Positions 38,687 to 49,409 of a stretch of 64,000 nt of DNA are shown here, in pieces (position 1 is the stretch's first letter; the number at the start of each line of letters is the position of its first letter). Source of the DNA: Vulcanimicrobiota bacterium (GTDB taxonomy: Bacteria; Vulcanimicrobiota; Vulcanimicrobiia; Vulcanimicrobiales; Vulcanimicrobiaceae); assembly GCA_963812155.1 (NCBI GenBank), contig CAWETW010000003.1, forward strand, positions 768,001-832,000, in the 5' to 3' direction. The notes beneath the pieces were generated by a model, which saw nothing but the letters and a program-made list of their open reading frames with translations, did not search any database and had not been told where the DNA came from. Both the position numbers and the translations under genes were made by a program.

Positions 38687-39693
38687 GCTCCTTCGTAGAC
38701 GTGCGTGTAAAGTTCGCCTGGTTCCGGATACGGCATGGCCTCGGCCGCGTCGGTGGCTTCGTTCGTCTCGCGCAGCACGTCGGCGCGCAGCGCCGCGACT
38801 TCCGCTTCGGTCATGACGCCGTTTTCGAGCAGCACGCTCTCGAAGCGCGGCACGGGATCGAGCTTGCGGTGCTCGAGCACTTCCTCGCGACTGCGATACG
38901 TCATGTCGTTGTCGTCGGTCGAGTGCGCCAAGTAGCGATAGCAGGTGCCTTCGACGATCGACGGGCCGCCGCCGGAACGCGCGCGATCGAGCGCTTCTTT
39001 CACCGCTGCGTACGTGTCGATCGGATCGAAGCCGTTGAAGCGACGGCCGGGCATGCCGTAACCCTCGGCGCGCTTCCAGATCTCGGGCTGCGCCATCTGC
39101 TTGGAAAGCGGCGTCGAAATTGCCCATTCGTTGTTCTCGACGAGCATCACGAACGGCAGCTTGTGGATCGCGGCGAAGTTCATCGATTCGTGCCACTCGC
39201 CTTCGCTGGTCGTACCGTCGCCGCACGTGGCGAGCACGGCGCGGCCGGTCTCGCCGCGATACTTCAGCGCAAATGCGGCGCCGACCGCATGCGGCATGTG
39301 CGCGGCGAGAATCGATGAGAACGACATCAGGCCGGCGGCTTTGGAAGAATAGTGGTTGGGGAACTGGCGGCCGCCGTTGTGATCGGCCGCGCGCGCGAAA
39401 AGCGAGAGCAAGATTTCGTACGGCGTGAGCCCGATCCCCAAGGCGAGCCCGAGGTCGCGATAATACGGTGCGAGGATGTCGGTGCCGCGCTGGAACGCCA
39501 TCGCCGCGCCGGCCTGCAGCGCTTCGTGCCCCTCGCTCCCAAGCGCGAACGGAACCTTTCCTTGACGGTTGAGCTGGAAGCCGCGGTTGTCGAGCTGTCG
39601 CTGGAGCAACATGTTGCGAAAGATGCCCCGCAACTGTTCGTCGCTCAACCCGTGGCGCTCGAACGTGCTCGACTTCGTATCAGCCTTCGCCAT
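38668..39693 (-). CDS. 2-oxoacid dehydrogenase E1 alpha subunit (branched-chain type), copy 1
   Basis: LNRQGK, PYYRD, GDGTTSEG...NN (TPP motif), HSTDD. Confidence 0.92.
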   Translation of the reverse strand: MAKADTKSSTFERHGLSDEQLRGIFRNMLLQRQLDNRGFQLNRQGKVPFALGSEGHEALQAGAAMAFQRGTDILAPYYRDLGLALGIGLTPYEILLSLFARAADHNGGRQFPNHYSSKAAGLMSFSSILAAHMPHAVGAAFALKYRGETGRAVLATCGDGTTSEGEWHESMNFAAIHKLPFVMLVENNEWAISTPLSKQMAQPEIWKRAEGYGMPGRRFNGFDPIDTYAAVKEALDRARSGGGPSIVEGTCYRYLAHSTDDNDMTYRSREEVLEHRKLDPVPRFESVLLENGVMTEAEVAALRADVLRETNEATDAAEAMPYPEPGELYTHVYEGAWQPWQ

Positions 39694-39729
39694 TTCAACC
39701 TCTCGTCGTGGCGCTCGAAGTGCAAATCG

Positions 39730-40773
39730 TCATCGCCATGGCTGCCAGCCGTCGGCATAGACGTTTCCGTAGAGATCCTGCGGAGAGGGGTATGCCATCG
39801 CCTCCGCCCGGTCGGTGGCTTCGTTCGCCTCCTCGAGGACGGAACGCTTCAAGGCCTCCGCCGCTTCGCTCGAAAGGACGCCGGCCGCGATCAGCCGAGC
39901 CTCGAAGCACGGCACCGGGTCGTCGAGCCGTCGCCGTGCGACCTCCTCGCGCGAGCGGTAGGTGCGGTCGTCGTCGTCGGTGGTGTGCGAAAGAAAGCGG
40001 TAGCACTTGGCCTCGACGAGCGTTGGTCCGCCGTCCGTACGCGCACGCTCGAGCGCCTCCTTTACCGCGACGTAGCATGCGAGCGGATCCATCCCGTCGA
40101 CCACCACGCCGGGCATGCCGTAGCCGGCGGCGCGTTTGTGGAGATCCGGCTGCGCCGTCTGCTTGGAGAGCGGGGTCGAAATCGCCCACTCGTTGTTCTC
40201 GCAGAGAAAAACGATCGGTAACGCATGCACTGCCGCGAAGTTGAGCGACTCGTGCCACTCGCCCTCGCTGGTTGCACCGTCGCCGAACGTCACCAGCACC
40301 GCGCGCCCGGTTTCCTTGCGGTACTTGAGCGCGTACGCGGCTCCGACCGCGTGCGGCAACTGCGCGGCGATCACCGAACTGATCGTTTGCAGACCCAAGC
40401 GGCGGCTGGCGTAGTGATGCGGAAACTGCCGGCCGGACGAATGGTCGTCGTCGCGCGCAAAAAGCGAAAGCAGCACTTCGTACGGCGTCAGACCGATGCC
40501 GAGGTCGAGGCCGAGATCGCGATAGTACGGTACGAGGATGTCCTTACCGCGCTCGAAGGCCATCGCCGCGCCGGCCTGCACGGCTTCATGGCCTTCGCTT
40601 GCCGAAGCGAACGGAATTTTTCCCTGACGGTTGAGTTGGAAGCCGCGGTTTTCCAGCGTCCGCTGCACGACCATGGTCCGGAACATCGCGACGAGTTGTT
40701 CGCCGGTGAGGCCGTGCCGGTCGAAGGCCGGTGCGGTCCCGTCAGCGGACGGCGCGTCGTTTTGCGTGCTCAC
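39730..40773 (-). CDS. 2-oxoacid dehydrogenase E1 alpha subunit, copy 2 (tandem paralog)
   Basis: LNRQGK, PYYRD, GDGATSEG...NN, HTTDD. Start inferred at GTG 40773. Confidence 0.9.
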   Translation of the reverse strand: MSTQNDAPSADGTAPAFDRHGLTGEQLVAMFRTMVVQRTLENRGFQLNRQGKIPFASASEGHEAVQAGAAMAFERGKDILVPYYRDLGLDLGIGLTPYEVLLSLFARDDDHSSGRQFPHHYASRRLGLQTISSVIAAQLPHAVGAAYALKYRKETGRAVLVTFGDGATSEGEWHESLNFAAVHALPIVFLCENNEWAISTPLSKQTAQPDLHKRAAGYGMPGVVVDGMDPLACYVAVKEALERARTDGGPTLVEAKCYRFLSHTTDDDDRTYRSREEVARRRLDDPVPCFEARLIAAGVLSSEAAEALKRSVLEEANEATDRAEAMAYPSPQDLYGNVYADGWQPWR

Positions 40774-40873
40774 AGGACTTGCGTACTCGCACCCCCCGAG
40801 GGGCAAATCCTGCGGCACGGCACTCACCCCAAGCGCGGGAACCGCTTGGCGCCGGGTTGTATGAGCCGGACTC

Positions 40874-42040
40874 ATGGGATCCCGGGCCACCCAAGCCATA
40901 CCGGCCGGCGAACTCGTCGCATACCGGCGCCACCTTCACGCGCATCCGGAACTGTCGATGGAAGAGTTCGAAACAGCCGCTTTCGTCGCGCGCGAACTGA
41001 AAGGGTGCGAGTTTGACGAGGTGCGCACCGGTATCGGAAAGACGGGTATACTGGCGACGCTCCGCGGCGGCAAACCGGGGCCGGTGACGCTGCTGCGCGC
41101 CGACATGGACGCGTTACCCGTCCGGGAGGAGAGCGACGAAGCGTATCGCTCGACGCGCGACGGCGTGATGCACGCCTGCGGTCACGACGGGCACGTGGCG
41201 ATTCTGCTGGCGGCGGCTCGGCATTTGAGCCGGCGCCGCGCCGACGTCCCCGGAACGCTCGTCTTCTGCTTCCAACCGGGCGAGGAAGGCGCGGCCGGAA
41301 ACCGGCTCATGATCGAGGACGGCGCATTGGAGAACCCGCACGTGGACCGCACGTTCGCGCTTCATTTGTATAGCGGACTCGAGGTCGGCCGCATCGGCAT
41401 TCGCGACGGTCCGTTCTTTGCGTCCTCGGATCGCTTCACGATCGCGCTCACCGGGCGCGGCGGACACGGCGCGATGCCGCAAACGGCAATCGATCCGATC
41501 GTCGGCGCGGCGCAACTGGTAACCATGCTGCAAACGCTGGCGAGCCGCGAATTCGCGCCGAAGGATCCGGTCGTCGTCACCGTCGGTTCGCTGCACGCCG
41601 GAACGACCTTCAACGTCATTCCGGATCGTGCCGAACTGCACGGCACCGTGCGTACGCTCGACGACGAGGTGCGCCGCTCGATGCCCGAGCGCATCGAACG
41701 CCAGCTACGCGGGCTTTGCGAGGCGATGCGTCTGCAGTACGCGCTGGAGTATGCGTGGGGCTATCCGCCGACCGTGAACGACCCGCGCGCGAACGACGTG
41801 GTCCGCGCCGTCGCGCCGTCGGTCGTGGGCAGCGCCAACGTCGTCGACCCGCACGACATCGCGATGTGGGCGGAAGACATGGCTTACATGCAGGAGGAAC
41901 GGCCGGGAGCGTACTTCGTCGTGGGCGTGCGCGGGCCGCATAAGGGCGTCGAGCCGCAGCATAGCGCGCGCTACGACATCGACGAGCGCGCACTGGAAGT
42001 CGGGTTTTCGATGATGACGGGAATTGCGCTGCATGGGTGA
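40874..42040 (+). CDS. M20D family amidohydrolase
   Basis: HAHPELS, RADMDALP, MHACGHDGH, FQPGEE, GGHGA. Confidence 0.92.
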   Translation: MGSRATQAIPAGELVAYRRHLHAHPELSMEEFETAAFVARELKGCEFDEVRTGIGKTGILATLRGGKPGPVTLLRADMDALPVREESDEAYRSTRDGVMHACGHDGHVAILLAAARHLSRRRADVPGTLVFCFQPGEEGAAGNRLMIEDGALENPHVDRTFALHLYSGLEVGRIGIRDGPFFASSDRFTIALTGRGGHGAMPQTAIDPIVGAAQLVTMLQTLASREFAPKDPVVVTVGSLHAGTTFNVIPDRAELHGTVRTLDDEVRRSMPERIERQLRGLCEAMRLQYALEYAWGYPPTVNDPRANDVVRAVAPSVVGSANVVDPHDIAMWAEDMAYMQEERPGAYFVVGVRGPHKGVEPQHSARYDIDERALEVGFSMMTGIALHG

Positions 42041-43262
42041 GCGCAGGTACGTCATCGTCGGCAATGGGTTTGCCGGCACCACGGCGGCGGAACAGTTGCG
42101 CAAGCACGACCCGGCGTGCGAGATCGTGCTCTTCGGCGACGAGCCGTACACGCTGTACAATCGAATTTCGCTTCCGCCGATGCTGCGCAAGCAAATTCCG
42201 GAAGCCAAGGTGATGATCCGCAACCAGGCATGGCACGACGAACACCGCATCGATCTCCGGTTGCGCACGCGCGTCGAACGAATCGTCCCGCAGGAGCGGA
42301 TCGTCGAGGCCGGCGGCAAAACTGTTCCGTTCGACGCGTTGCTGCTGGCGACGGGCGGCCGCCCGAACCCCACCGGTAAACCGGGATCGGAAGGCGCGCA
42401 CAATCTCTATCCCTTCCAATATCTCGACGACACGCGCGCGATATCCGAGCAGATCGACCGCAGCCGCGCGGCCGTCGCCGTCGGGGGTTCGTTCATTGCC
42501 TACGAACTTGCCGAAGCGTTCTCTTCTCGTGGAATCGAAACGCACTGGCTCGTGCGTGGACCGCGCGCGCTGCATCGCGTGATCGACGAGATCGCCGGCG
42601 AGCTGCTGCACGATGCGGCGACGGCCGACGGAGTGCAAATGCACTACGGCCAGGAAGTCGGCGAGTTCGTCCGTTCCAATGGCGAAATCACGAAAGTCCG
42701 CACGACCGGCGGACTTGAAATCGACGCCCAGTGCTACGCCTACGGTTTCGGGCTCACGATGAACACCGAGCTGTGTGCGGGGTCCGGAATCGAAACGAGC
42801 AGGAACGGCATTCTCTGCGACGACCGCCTCGAAACGAATATCTCCGGCATCTTCGCGGCCGGCGACGTGGCCGATTTCTACGATCCGATCCTCGAAATGC
42901 GCTACCGCATGGGAACCTGGAACAACGCGGGAGCGCACGGTAAGGTTGCGGCCATCAACATGATCGGCGGCAGCGAACGCTATCACGACGTGCCGGAGTA
43001 TTCGTCGCTGTTGTTCAAAGGGCAAACGATCACGCAATTCGGCATGGGTCCGGAACTGCGTTCCGATCTCGAGATGGTGCGTAAGGTCGATCGCGAGAAA
43101 AAGTGGTATCGCGCGCTGTTCTTTTGGGAAGATCGTCTCGTCGGCGGTCTGATGCTCGGAAAAGGCAACCGTGCGGGAAAGCGCAAGTACGTCGAGGCGA
43201 TCAAGAGCAAGCATCGCTTTCCGAAACCCGAGTGGACGCCGATGCTCGACTGGACCGCCTAG
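42033..43262 (+). CDS. FAD/NAD(P)-dependent oxidoreductase (ferredoxin-reductase-like)
   Basis: IVGNGFAG, LLATGG, GGSFIAYE, IFAAGDVA. Confidence 0.85.
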   Translation: MGERRYVIVGNGFAGTTAAEQLRKHDPACEIVLFGDEPYTLYNRISLPPMLRKQIPEAKVMIRNQAWHDEHRIDLRLRTRVERIVPQERIVEAGGKTVPFDALLLATGGRPNPTGKPGSEGAHNLYPFQYLDDTRAISEQIDRSRAAVAVGGSFIAYELAEAFSSRGIETHWLVRGPRALHRVIDEIAGELLHDAATADGVQMHYGQEVGEFVRSNGEITKVRTTGGLEIDAQCYAYGFGLTMNTELCAGSGIETSRNGILCDDRLETNISGIFAAGDVADFYDPILEMRYRMGTWNNAGAHGKVAAINMIGGSERYHDVPEYSSLLFKGQTITQFGMGPELRSDLEMVRKVDREKKWYRALFFWEDRLVGGLMLGKGNRAGKRKYVEAIKSKHRFPKPEWTPMLDWTA

Positions 43263-43334
43263 CCGCATGGAGAGGCGCGCGAACGTGCGGTGCTGAAGGG
43301 AAGGCTTCCGAACTCTTCGAGAATGGAGTAATAT

Positions 43335-43850
43335 ATGCGCCTGAAGATTGGGGCGGCGTTCGCTTGCGCGGCAATCGCGGCGACGGGCATCGGCCGGGCG
43401 GCCGACGTCGACGACGCGACGCAGAAGGCACTCAACGCCAATTATGCACTGCGCTGCACCGCGGCGTTCGATCCGAGCGACGCGAACTTGGATGCGGCCT
43501 TTGCGGTTCTGGCTCCCGACTTCGTCGCAATCGACCCTTCGGGCAAGCAAGTCACGCGCGACCAGGTCGTCGGTCAGGGCAAACAGCAGATGAAGATGCT
43601 GCACGCAACGGCGTGCGACGACAAAGTTGAGTCGTACACGCTTTCCGACCCGAACACCATCGTCGCCGTGGCCGATTTCCATCTCGAAGGCGACATTCAG
43701 GCGCCCGACGGAAAGCACGAGCTCGTGGTAACCGAGAAGTCGCAAGACACGTGGAAGAACGTCGGCGGCAAGTGGCTCGCGGCGAACAGCAAAGACCTGC
43801 AAGTGCAGGTGAAGGTCGACGGCAACGTCGTCCAAGACCAGGGAGGATAA
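43335..43850 (+). CDS. Secreted NTF2-like (DUF4440-type) protein
   Basis: Signal peptide, LAPDFVAIDPSG, DTWKNVGGKW; two cysteines. Confidence 0.65.
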   Translation: MRLKIGAAFACAAIAATGIGRAADVDDATQKALNANYALRCTAAFDPSDANLDAAFAVLAPDFVAIDPSGKQVTRDQVVGQGKQQMKMLHATACDDKVESYTLSDPNTIVAVADFHLEGDIQAPDGKHELVVTEKSQDTWKNVGGKWLAANSKDLQVQVKVDGNVVQDQGG

Positions 43851-43857
43851 CCATCCG

Positions 43858-46800
43858 GTGAGCGGCGGCCGTCGCGTCGCAACGATCTGCGCGGCGCTGG
43901 CGGCCATGCTGGCGCCGCTCGTTTGCGCGGCCGACGAACGGCCGATCGCCCAGATGCGCTGGCGAATTCTGGGACCCGCGCTTCCGGAGGGCCGCGCGAC
44001 GGCCGTAACCGGAAGCAACGCAGACCCGCTGCTGTATTACGCCGGAACCGCGGGCGGCGGCATTTGGAAGACCACCGACGGCGGCGCGTCGTGGCAGAAC
44101 GTCTCCGACGCGATCGGTTTGGCGTCGGTGGGTGCGATTGCAATCGAAACCGGCAACGACCGTTCGGTGTGGGCCGGCGGCGGCGAGACGAATCCGCGCA
44201 ACGACGTCATTCCCGAAGGCGGCCTCTATCATTCGATCGACGGCGGCCGCCGGTGGACGCGCCTCAACTTTTCCGGCAGCGGCGGCATCTCGCGCATTCT
44301 CGTCGATCCGAAAGATCCCAAGCACGTGCTGGTCGGCGTGTTGGGCGATGTTTTCGGCCCGAGTGCAAACCGCGGCGTCTACGTCACCTTCGACGGCGGC
44401 GCGACGTTCGCGAAGACGCTCTACCGTTCGGAGCAGTCGGGTGTGAGCGACATGGCGCTCGATCCGCGCGATCCCAACGTCGTCTTCGCCGGAATGTGGC
44501 ACGTCCTGCGAAGGCCGTGGCAACTTTTGAGCGGCGGCACGGATGACGACGGCCTCTTTCGATCGGCCGACGGCGGAAGAACCTGGCAGCAAGTTACCGG
44601 AAACGGGTTTCCCGCGCCGCCGATCGGACGCATCGGCGTGGCATTTGCACCATCGCTTCCGAGCCGGGTGTACGCGCTCGTTGAATCGCGCGACGGCGTG
44701 CTCTGGCGGTCCGACGACGGCGGCGCGCATTGGGCGCTCGCCAGCAAGGACACGCTGGCGAATCAGCGGCCGTTTTATTTCTCACACGTCGGCGTGTCGC
44801 CGACCGATCCGAACAACGTCTACGGTGTGAGCATGCTCCTGGCGACGTCGTACGACGGCGGTTCGAAATTCAATCTGTCGGCGTTCGGCGTCCACTCCGA
44901 TTTGCACGAACTCTGGATTTCGTCGAACGGCGAGCGGATGGCGCTGGCCGGCGACGGCGGCATCGCCGTCTCGACCAACCGCGGCGCCACCTGGGCCAAC
45001 TCGCGCAACGTCCCGGTCGGGCAAATCTATCGCGTCGGCCTCTCCAACGACATCCCGTATCTCGTCTGCGGAGGCCTGCAGGACAACAACGCGTACTGCG
45101 GCCCCGCCTTTAGCGGAAGCAGTGACGGCATCACCAACCGTGACTGGTTCAAAGTCGTCGAAGGCGACGGCGAGTGGGCCGTGCCCGATCCCACGAACCC
45201 GCGCCTGATTTGGGCGGATTCGGAAAACGGCGAAGTCGTCATCTACGATCGCGTTTCGCACGACACGGTCAACGTTCGCCCGTATCGCGGAACCGCGCGA
45301 GAAGATTTCGTGCTGGCGACGTCGCGTTACCGCTTCAACTGGGAGTCGCCGATCGCTTTTGCCGCCTACGATCCGCACCTCGCCTTCATCGGCGCCAATG
45401 TGGTTTTTGCGACGCGCGACCGCGGCCGGCACTGGACCGCGATCAGTCCCGACCTCACCCGCGACGACAAGACGAAGCAGCAAGTTTCGAAGAATACGGT
45501 GACGCAAGACGAATCGGGCGCAGAGAATTACGCGACGCTGCTCGACATCGCGACGTCGCCCAAGCGCAACGGTGAGATTTGGACGGGCTCCGACGACGGA
45601 CTCGTCTATCTTACGCTCGACGGCGGCAAGCACTGGCGCAACGTCACGCCGGCGGCGCTGCCGCCGGACAGTGCCGTCGAAAGCGTTTCTCCGTCGACGT
45701 TGGTTGACGGTATGGCGTACCTTTCGGCGGACCGGCACGGTGCCGGCGATTCGGCAGCGTACATCTTCCTGACGCGCGATTACGGTGCGCACTGGCAACG
45801 TGTCACCGGCGGCATCCCGGCCGGAGAGTACGCGAGGGCGGTTCGCGCCGACATCCGGAATCCGCGCATGGCCTACGCCGGAACCAATCGCGGTATCTAC
45901 GTGACGTGCGATTCGGGCGCAACGTGGCAATCTTTTTCGAACAACTTGCCTGCCGTCGAAGTGCGCGACATTCGGTTGCAGCCGCACTTCGACGATCTGG
46001 TCATTGCGACGCACGGGCGGTCCATTTGGGTGATGGACGACGTGCGCGTCGCGCAGACGGCAGGCTGCGGCAAGCCGTCGGCCGATCTCGTGATCGGGCC
46101 GCGGCCGGCGATCGCGCTGAACCTGTTTCGCGACGATGAGGGGAACTACACCGATTTCGTTGCGAGCCAGCCGGGCGGCGGACTTCTCAGCGGCGGCGGG
46201 CCGGTTGCAAAGGTGTACTATTGGCTGCCCCAACGCGCGCCGCATCGTCCGTCGATCGACGTCTACGACGCGCGCGGCGATCGCGTCCGCCACATCGAAG
46301 GAGAGCACGACGTCTTTACGGGCAACGAGTCGACGTCGTATTGGCTGAGCAACGCCGAGGGAAAGAACGAGTTCCTCTACGACTTCACGATCGACGGGCC
46401 CGCCCGGTACGAAAGCGCGCCGTTTTTCTTCCGGGGTCCCGATACGGGTCCGCAGCTTCCGCCCGGCCGGTACGCACTGGCGTTCCACCTTGCCGGCAAG
46501 ACGTACCGTTTCCCGATCGACCTCGTTGCCGATCCGGCGTCGTCGACGACGCCAGCGCGAGTACGAGCTGCAGTTCGCTCAGCAAAAGCGCGTCTACGGA
46601 CTGCTGGGGCGCATCGACGTAACGCTGAATGCGCTTGCGACCGCCAAGAAGCAGCTGTCCGACGAGAAAGCGTCGCTCAAGAGCGCCGGCGCGGCGGCCG
46701 GCCCGAAGGTGCAGGCCATGATCGACGACACCGTCGCCCTGATCGACTCGCTCACGTCGTCACCGCAGAACTTCGAAGATTCGATTCAAAAGCAAGGCGA

Positions 46801-46996
46801 GTTGCGTGAAGACGTGATGCAACTGATGGGCTCCGAACCGCTCGCACAAGCCAGCCTGCAACTCTACGGGCGCCTCGAGCGCACCTACGCGCAACGAACG
46901 ATCGCGTACGATGCCTGGCTCGGCAAGCTTCCGGGCTGGAACGCCGACTTGAAAGCCGCGGGCCTCAAGCCGCTTGCCGTTCCGTCCTCTCGCTAG
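43858..46996 (+). CDS. BNR/Asp-box repeat (VPS10-like) glycosyl hydrolase family protein, frameshifted near 46556
   Basis: Many S/T-x-DGG-x-W repeats, WRILGP, RFNWESP, ISPDLT, ATHGRSIW. Confidence 0.85.
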
Positions 46997-48024
46997 GCAA
47001 TCGCAATACAGCGTTCGAGGGCATCGGCGAAGCGATCCACGTCGGCGGGCGCGGTCGCCCAGTGCGTCATCCAACGCACCTCGGGCAAACGCGGATCGAA
47101 GACGTAGAAGAAGAACTCACGCTGCAGGCGCTCGATCGCATCTTCCGCCAGCGTTGCAAAGATGGCGTTGCAGCGAACGGGACGTGTAATCCGCACGCCC
47201 TCGATGCGTCGCACCCGATCGGCGAGGCGCGCCGCCATCGCGTTGGCGTGCGATGCGTAACGCAGCCAAAGATCGCCGGTCAATAGCCGTTCGAACTGCG
47301 CGCCGAGATAGCGCACCTTGGACGCGAGCTGCATCGCCTGCTTCACGACGTAGGGTGCGGCGCCGCCGGGCGATTGCGTGAAGAAACAGATGGCCTCTCC
47401 CAGCATCAAGCCGTTCTTCGTGCCGCCGAAACTCAAGACGTCGACGCCGGCGTCGGCCGTCAGCGCGCGCAGCGAGACGCCGAGCGCGGCCGCCGCGTTG
47501 GCGATGCGCGCACCGTCGACGTGGACGATCAGGCCGCGCTCGTGTGCGAAAGCGCAGAGCTCGGCAATTTCGCGCACCTCGTAGAGGTCGCCGTACTCGG
47601 TTGCTTGCGAAATCGAAATGGCTTTGGGCTGCGGGAAGTGCACGCCGTGACCGGCGAGCAAATACGGTTCGACGTCGGCCGGGCGGAGTTTGCCGTCGGG
47701 CGTGGCGATCGGAACCACTTTCGATCCGCTGAAGCGCTCGAGCGCGCCGCATTCGTCGGTCTGCAGATGTGCGGAGGCCGGACAAAGCACCGATTCCCAC
47801 GGACGCAGCAGCGACGAAAGCGCCGCCACGTTGGCGCCGGTGCCGTTGAACGTCACGTGCACGTCCACGCCGTCGCCGAAGATCTCGCGGAAGCGCGCTT
47901 TCGCCCGTTCCGTCCACTCGTCGTCGCCGTAGCCGACCGCGTCGCCTTCGTTCGCCGCAACGATCGCCTGCAGGATCTCCGGCGCGATCGGTGCGTTGTT
48001 GTCGCTGGCGAAGCTGCGCTGCAT
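46993..48024 (-). CDS. Low-specificity L-threonine aldolase (PLP-dependent)
   Basis: FASDN, GTGAN, ISQATE, HVDGARIANA, GGTKNG. Confidence 0.9.
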   Translation of the reverse strand: MQRSFASDNNAPIAPEILQAIVAANEGDAVGYGDDEWTERAKARFREIFGDGVDVHVTFNGTGANVAALSSLLRPWESVLCPASAHLQTDECGALERFSGSKVVPIATPDGKLRPADVEPYLLAGHGVHFPQPKAISISQATEYGDLYEVREIAELCAFAHERGLIVHVDGARIANAAAALGVSLRALTADAGVDVLSFGGTKNGLMLGEAICFFTQSPGGAAPYVVKQAMQLASKVRYLGAQFERLLTGDLWLRYASHANAMAARLADRVRRIEGVRITRPVRCNAIFATLAEDAIERLQREFFFYVFDPRLPEVRWMTHWATAPADVDRFADALERCIAIA

Positions 48025-48035
48025 TCGGACGCTCC

Positions 48036-49409
48036 CTAAACGTCCACGGTGACGCCGCGACGCGCGACCTGCGCGGGCCATCCGAAGGCCGAAGATGCGA
48101 GCGTCGCAACCGCCGTTGCCGACTCGACTTCACCGTGCACCGCGTAGAGCTGCGGACGCGACGAACACGTGCCGAACCAGCGCTTGAGGTCGTTTTGATC
48201 GGCGTGCGCGGAGAAACCCGAAAGGTGGACGATCTTTGCGCGGACCGGAAGCGTGTCGCCGAAGATGCGCACGCTGTGCGCGTCGTGCGTCAGCAGAAAT
48301 CCGAGCGTTCCGGCACCTTGATATCCGGGGAAGACGATCGTCGCGGACGGATCCGCGAGGTGGTTGTGCAGGTGATGCAGGATGCGTCCGCCCGAGGCCA
48401 TCCCGGAAGCGGAAATGATGACGCCGGGTCCTTCGAGCGCGTTGAGCGCTTTCGATTCTTCGGTCGTTACGTGCACGGTAAAGTTGCGTACGCCGAACGG
48501 CGTGCCCGCGGAGTCGCGCGGGATTGGTTTGTGCGCGCTCGGATATGCTTCGAAGAGTGCGTCGACCTTGGCCGCCATCGGACTGTCGAGATGGACGGGG
48601 AGGGCTGCAATTCGGTCGTCGTCCGCCTGCAGTTGCGCGATCGCGAGCAAAAGATCTTGCGAGCGTTCGACGGCAAAGGCGGGGATGACGATCGGACCTC
48701 CGCGTTCGATTGCGGCCAGCAGCGCGGCATGCAGCGCCTCGAGCGGCTCGGGCGGATGGATGCGGTCGCCGTAGGTCGATTCGCTCACCAAAACGTCGGC
48801 AGCTCCGATCGCTTCGGGATCGTAGAGCATCGGCCGGTCGTACCTCCCGAGATCGCCGGAGAAGACGATGCGCCGTCCGCCGAACTCCAGCGCGACGAAG
48901 GCCGATCCGATGATGTGCCCGGCGTTGTGGTAGGTCGCGCGAGCGACGCCGGCGACATCGAAGGCCGTTCCCAGCGGCACGGCGCGAACGAGACGCATTG
49001 CCGCGGCGACGTCGGATTCGTCGTAGTACGGCGGCGGCGCGTGTGGACGCTCGTGGTGGAAGCCGCGGCGATGGAGCTCGCGCTGCAGGCCGGCCGCGTC
49101 GTCGAGTACGATGCGCATCAAAGCTTTCGTCGGCGGCGTCGAGTACACCGGACCGTTGAAGCCGTCGTGCACGAGCTTGGGGAGGTATCCGACGTGATCG
49201 AGATGTCCGTGGGTGATGACGACCGCATCGATCTCGGCTGCCGGAACCGGCAGCGGCACGTCGTTGAGCGCGCGCACGTCGACGACGCCTTGAAACAGGC
49301 CGCAATCGACGAAGATACGGCGTCCGCCGAGGGTCAAGAGGTGTTTGCTGCCGGTGACCGTGCCGGCGGCGCCGACGAAGGTCAGCTCGGCATTGCGCGA
49401 CGCGATCAC
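48036..49409 (-). CDS. MBL-fold beta-CASP ribonuclease family protein
   Basis: GAAGTVTGS, THGHLDH, AGHIIGS, ESTYG, AFAVERSQ, FSAHAD, VHGE. Confidence 0.9.
   Translation of the reverse strand: MIASRNAELTFVGAAGTVTGSKHLLTLGGRRIFVDCGLFQGVVDVRALNDVPLPVPAAEIDAVVITHGHLDHVGYLPKLVHDGFNGPVYSTPPTKALMRIVLDDAAGLQRELHRRGFHHERPHAPPPYYDESDVAAAMRLVRAVPLGTAFDVAGVARATYHNAGHIIGSAFVALEFGGRRIVFSGDLGRYDRPMLYDPEAIGAADVLVSESTYGDRIHPPEPLEALHAALLAAIERGGPIVIPAFAVERSQDLLLAIAQLQADDDRIAALPVHLDSPMAAKVDALFEAYPSAHKPIPRDSAGTPFGVRNFTVHVTTEESKALNALEGPGVIISASGMASGGRILHHLHNHLADPSATIVFPGYQGAGTLGFLLTHDAHSVRIFGDTLPVRAKIVHLSGFSAHADQNDLKRWFGTCSSRPQLYAVHGEVESATAVATLASSAFGWPAQVARRGVTVDV

Noticed and set aside
11360..46560. Programmed ribosomal frameshifting in the split genes
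   Set aside because: No consistent slippery sequences were seen and the affected families are not known to be recoded; sequencing error is simpler.
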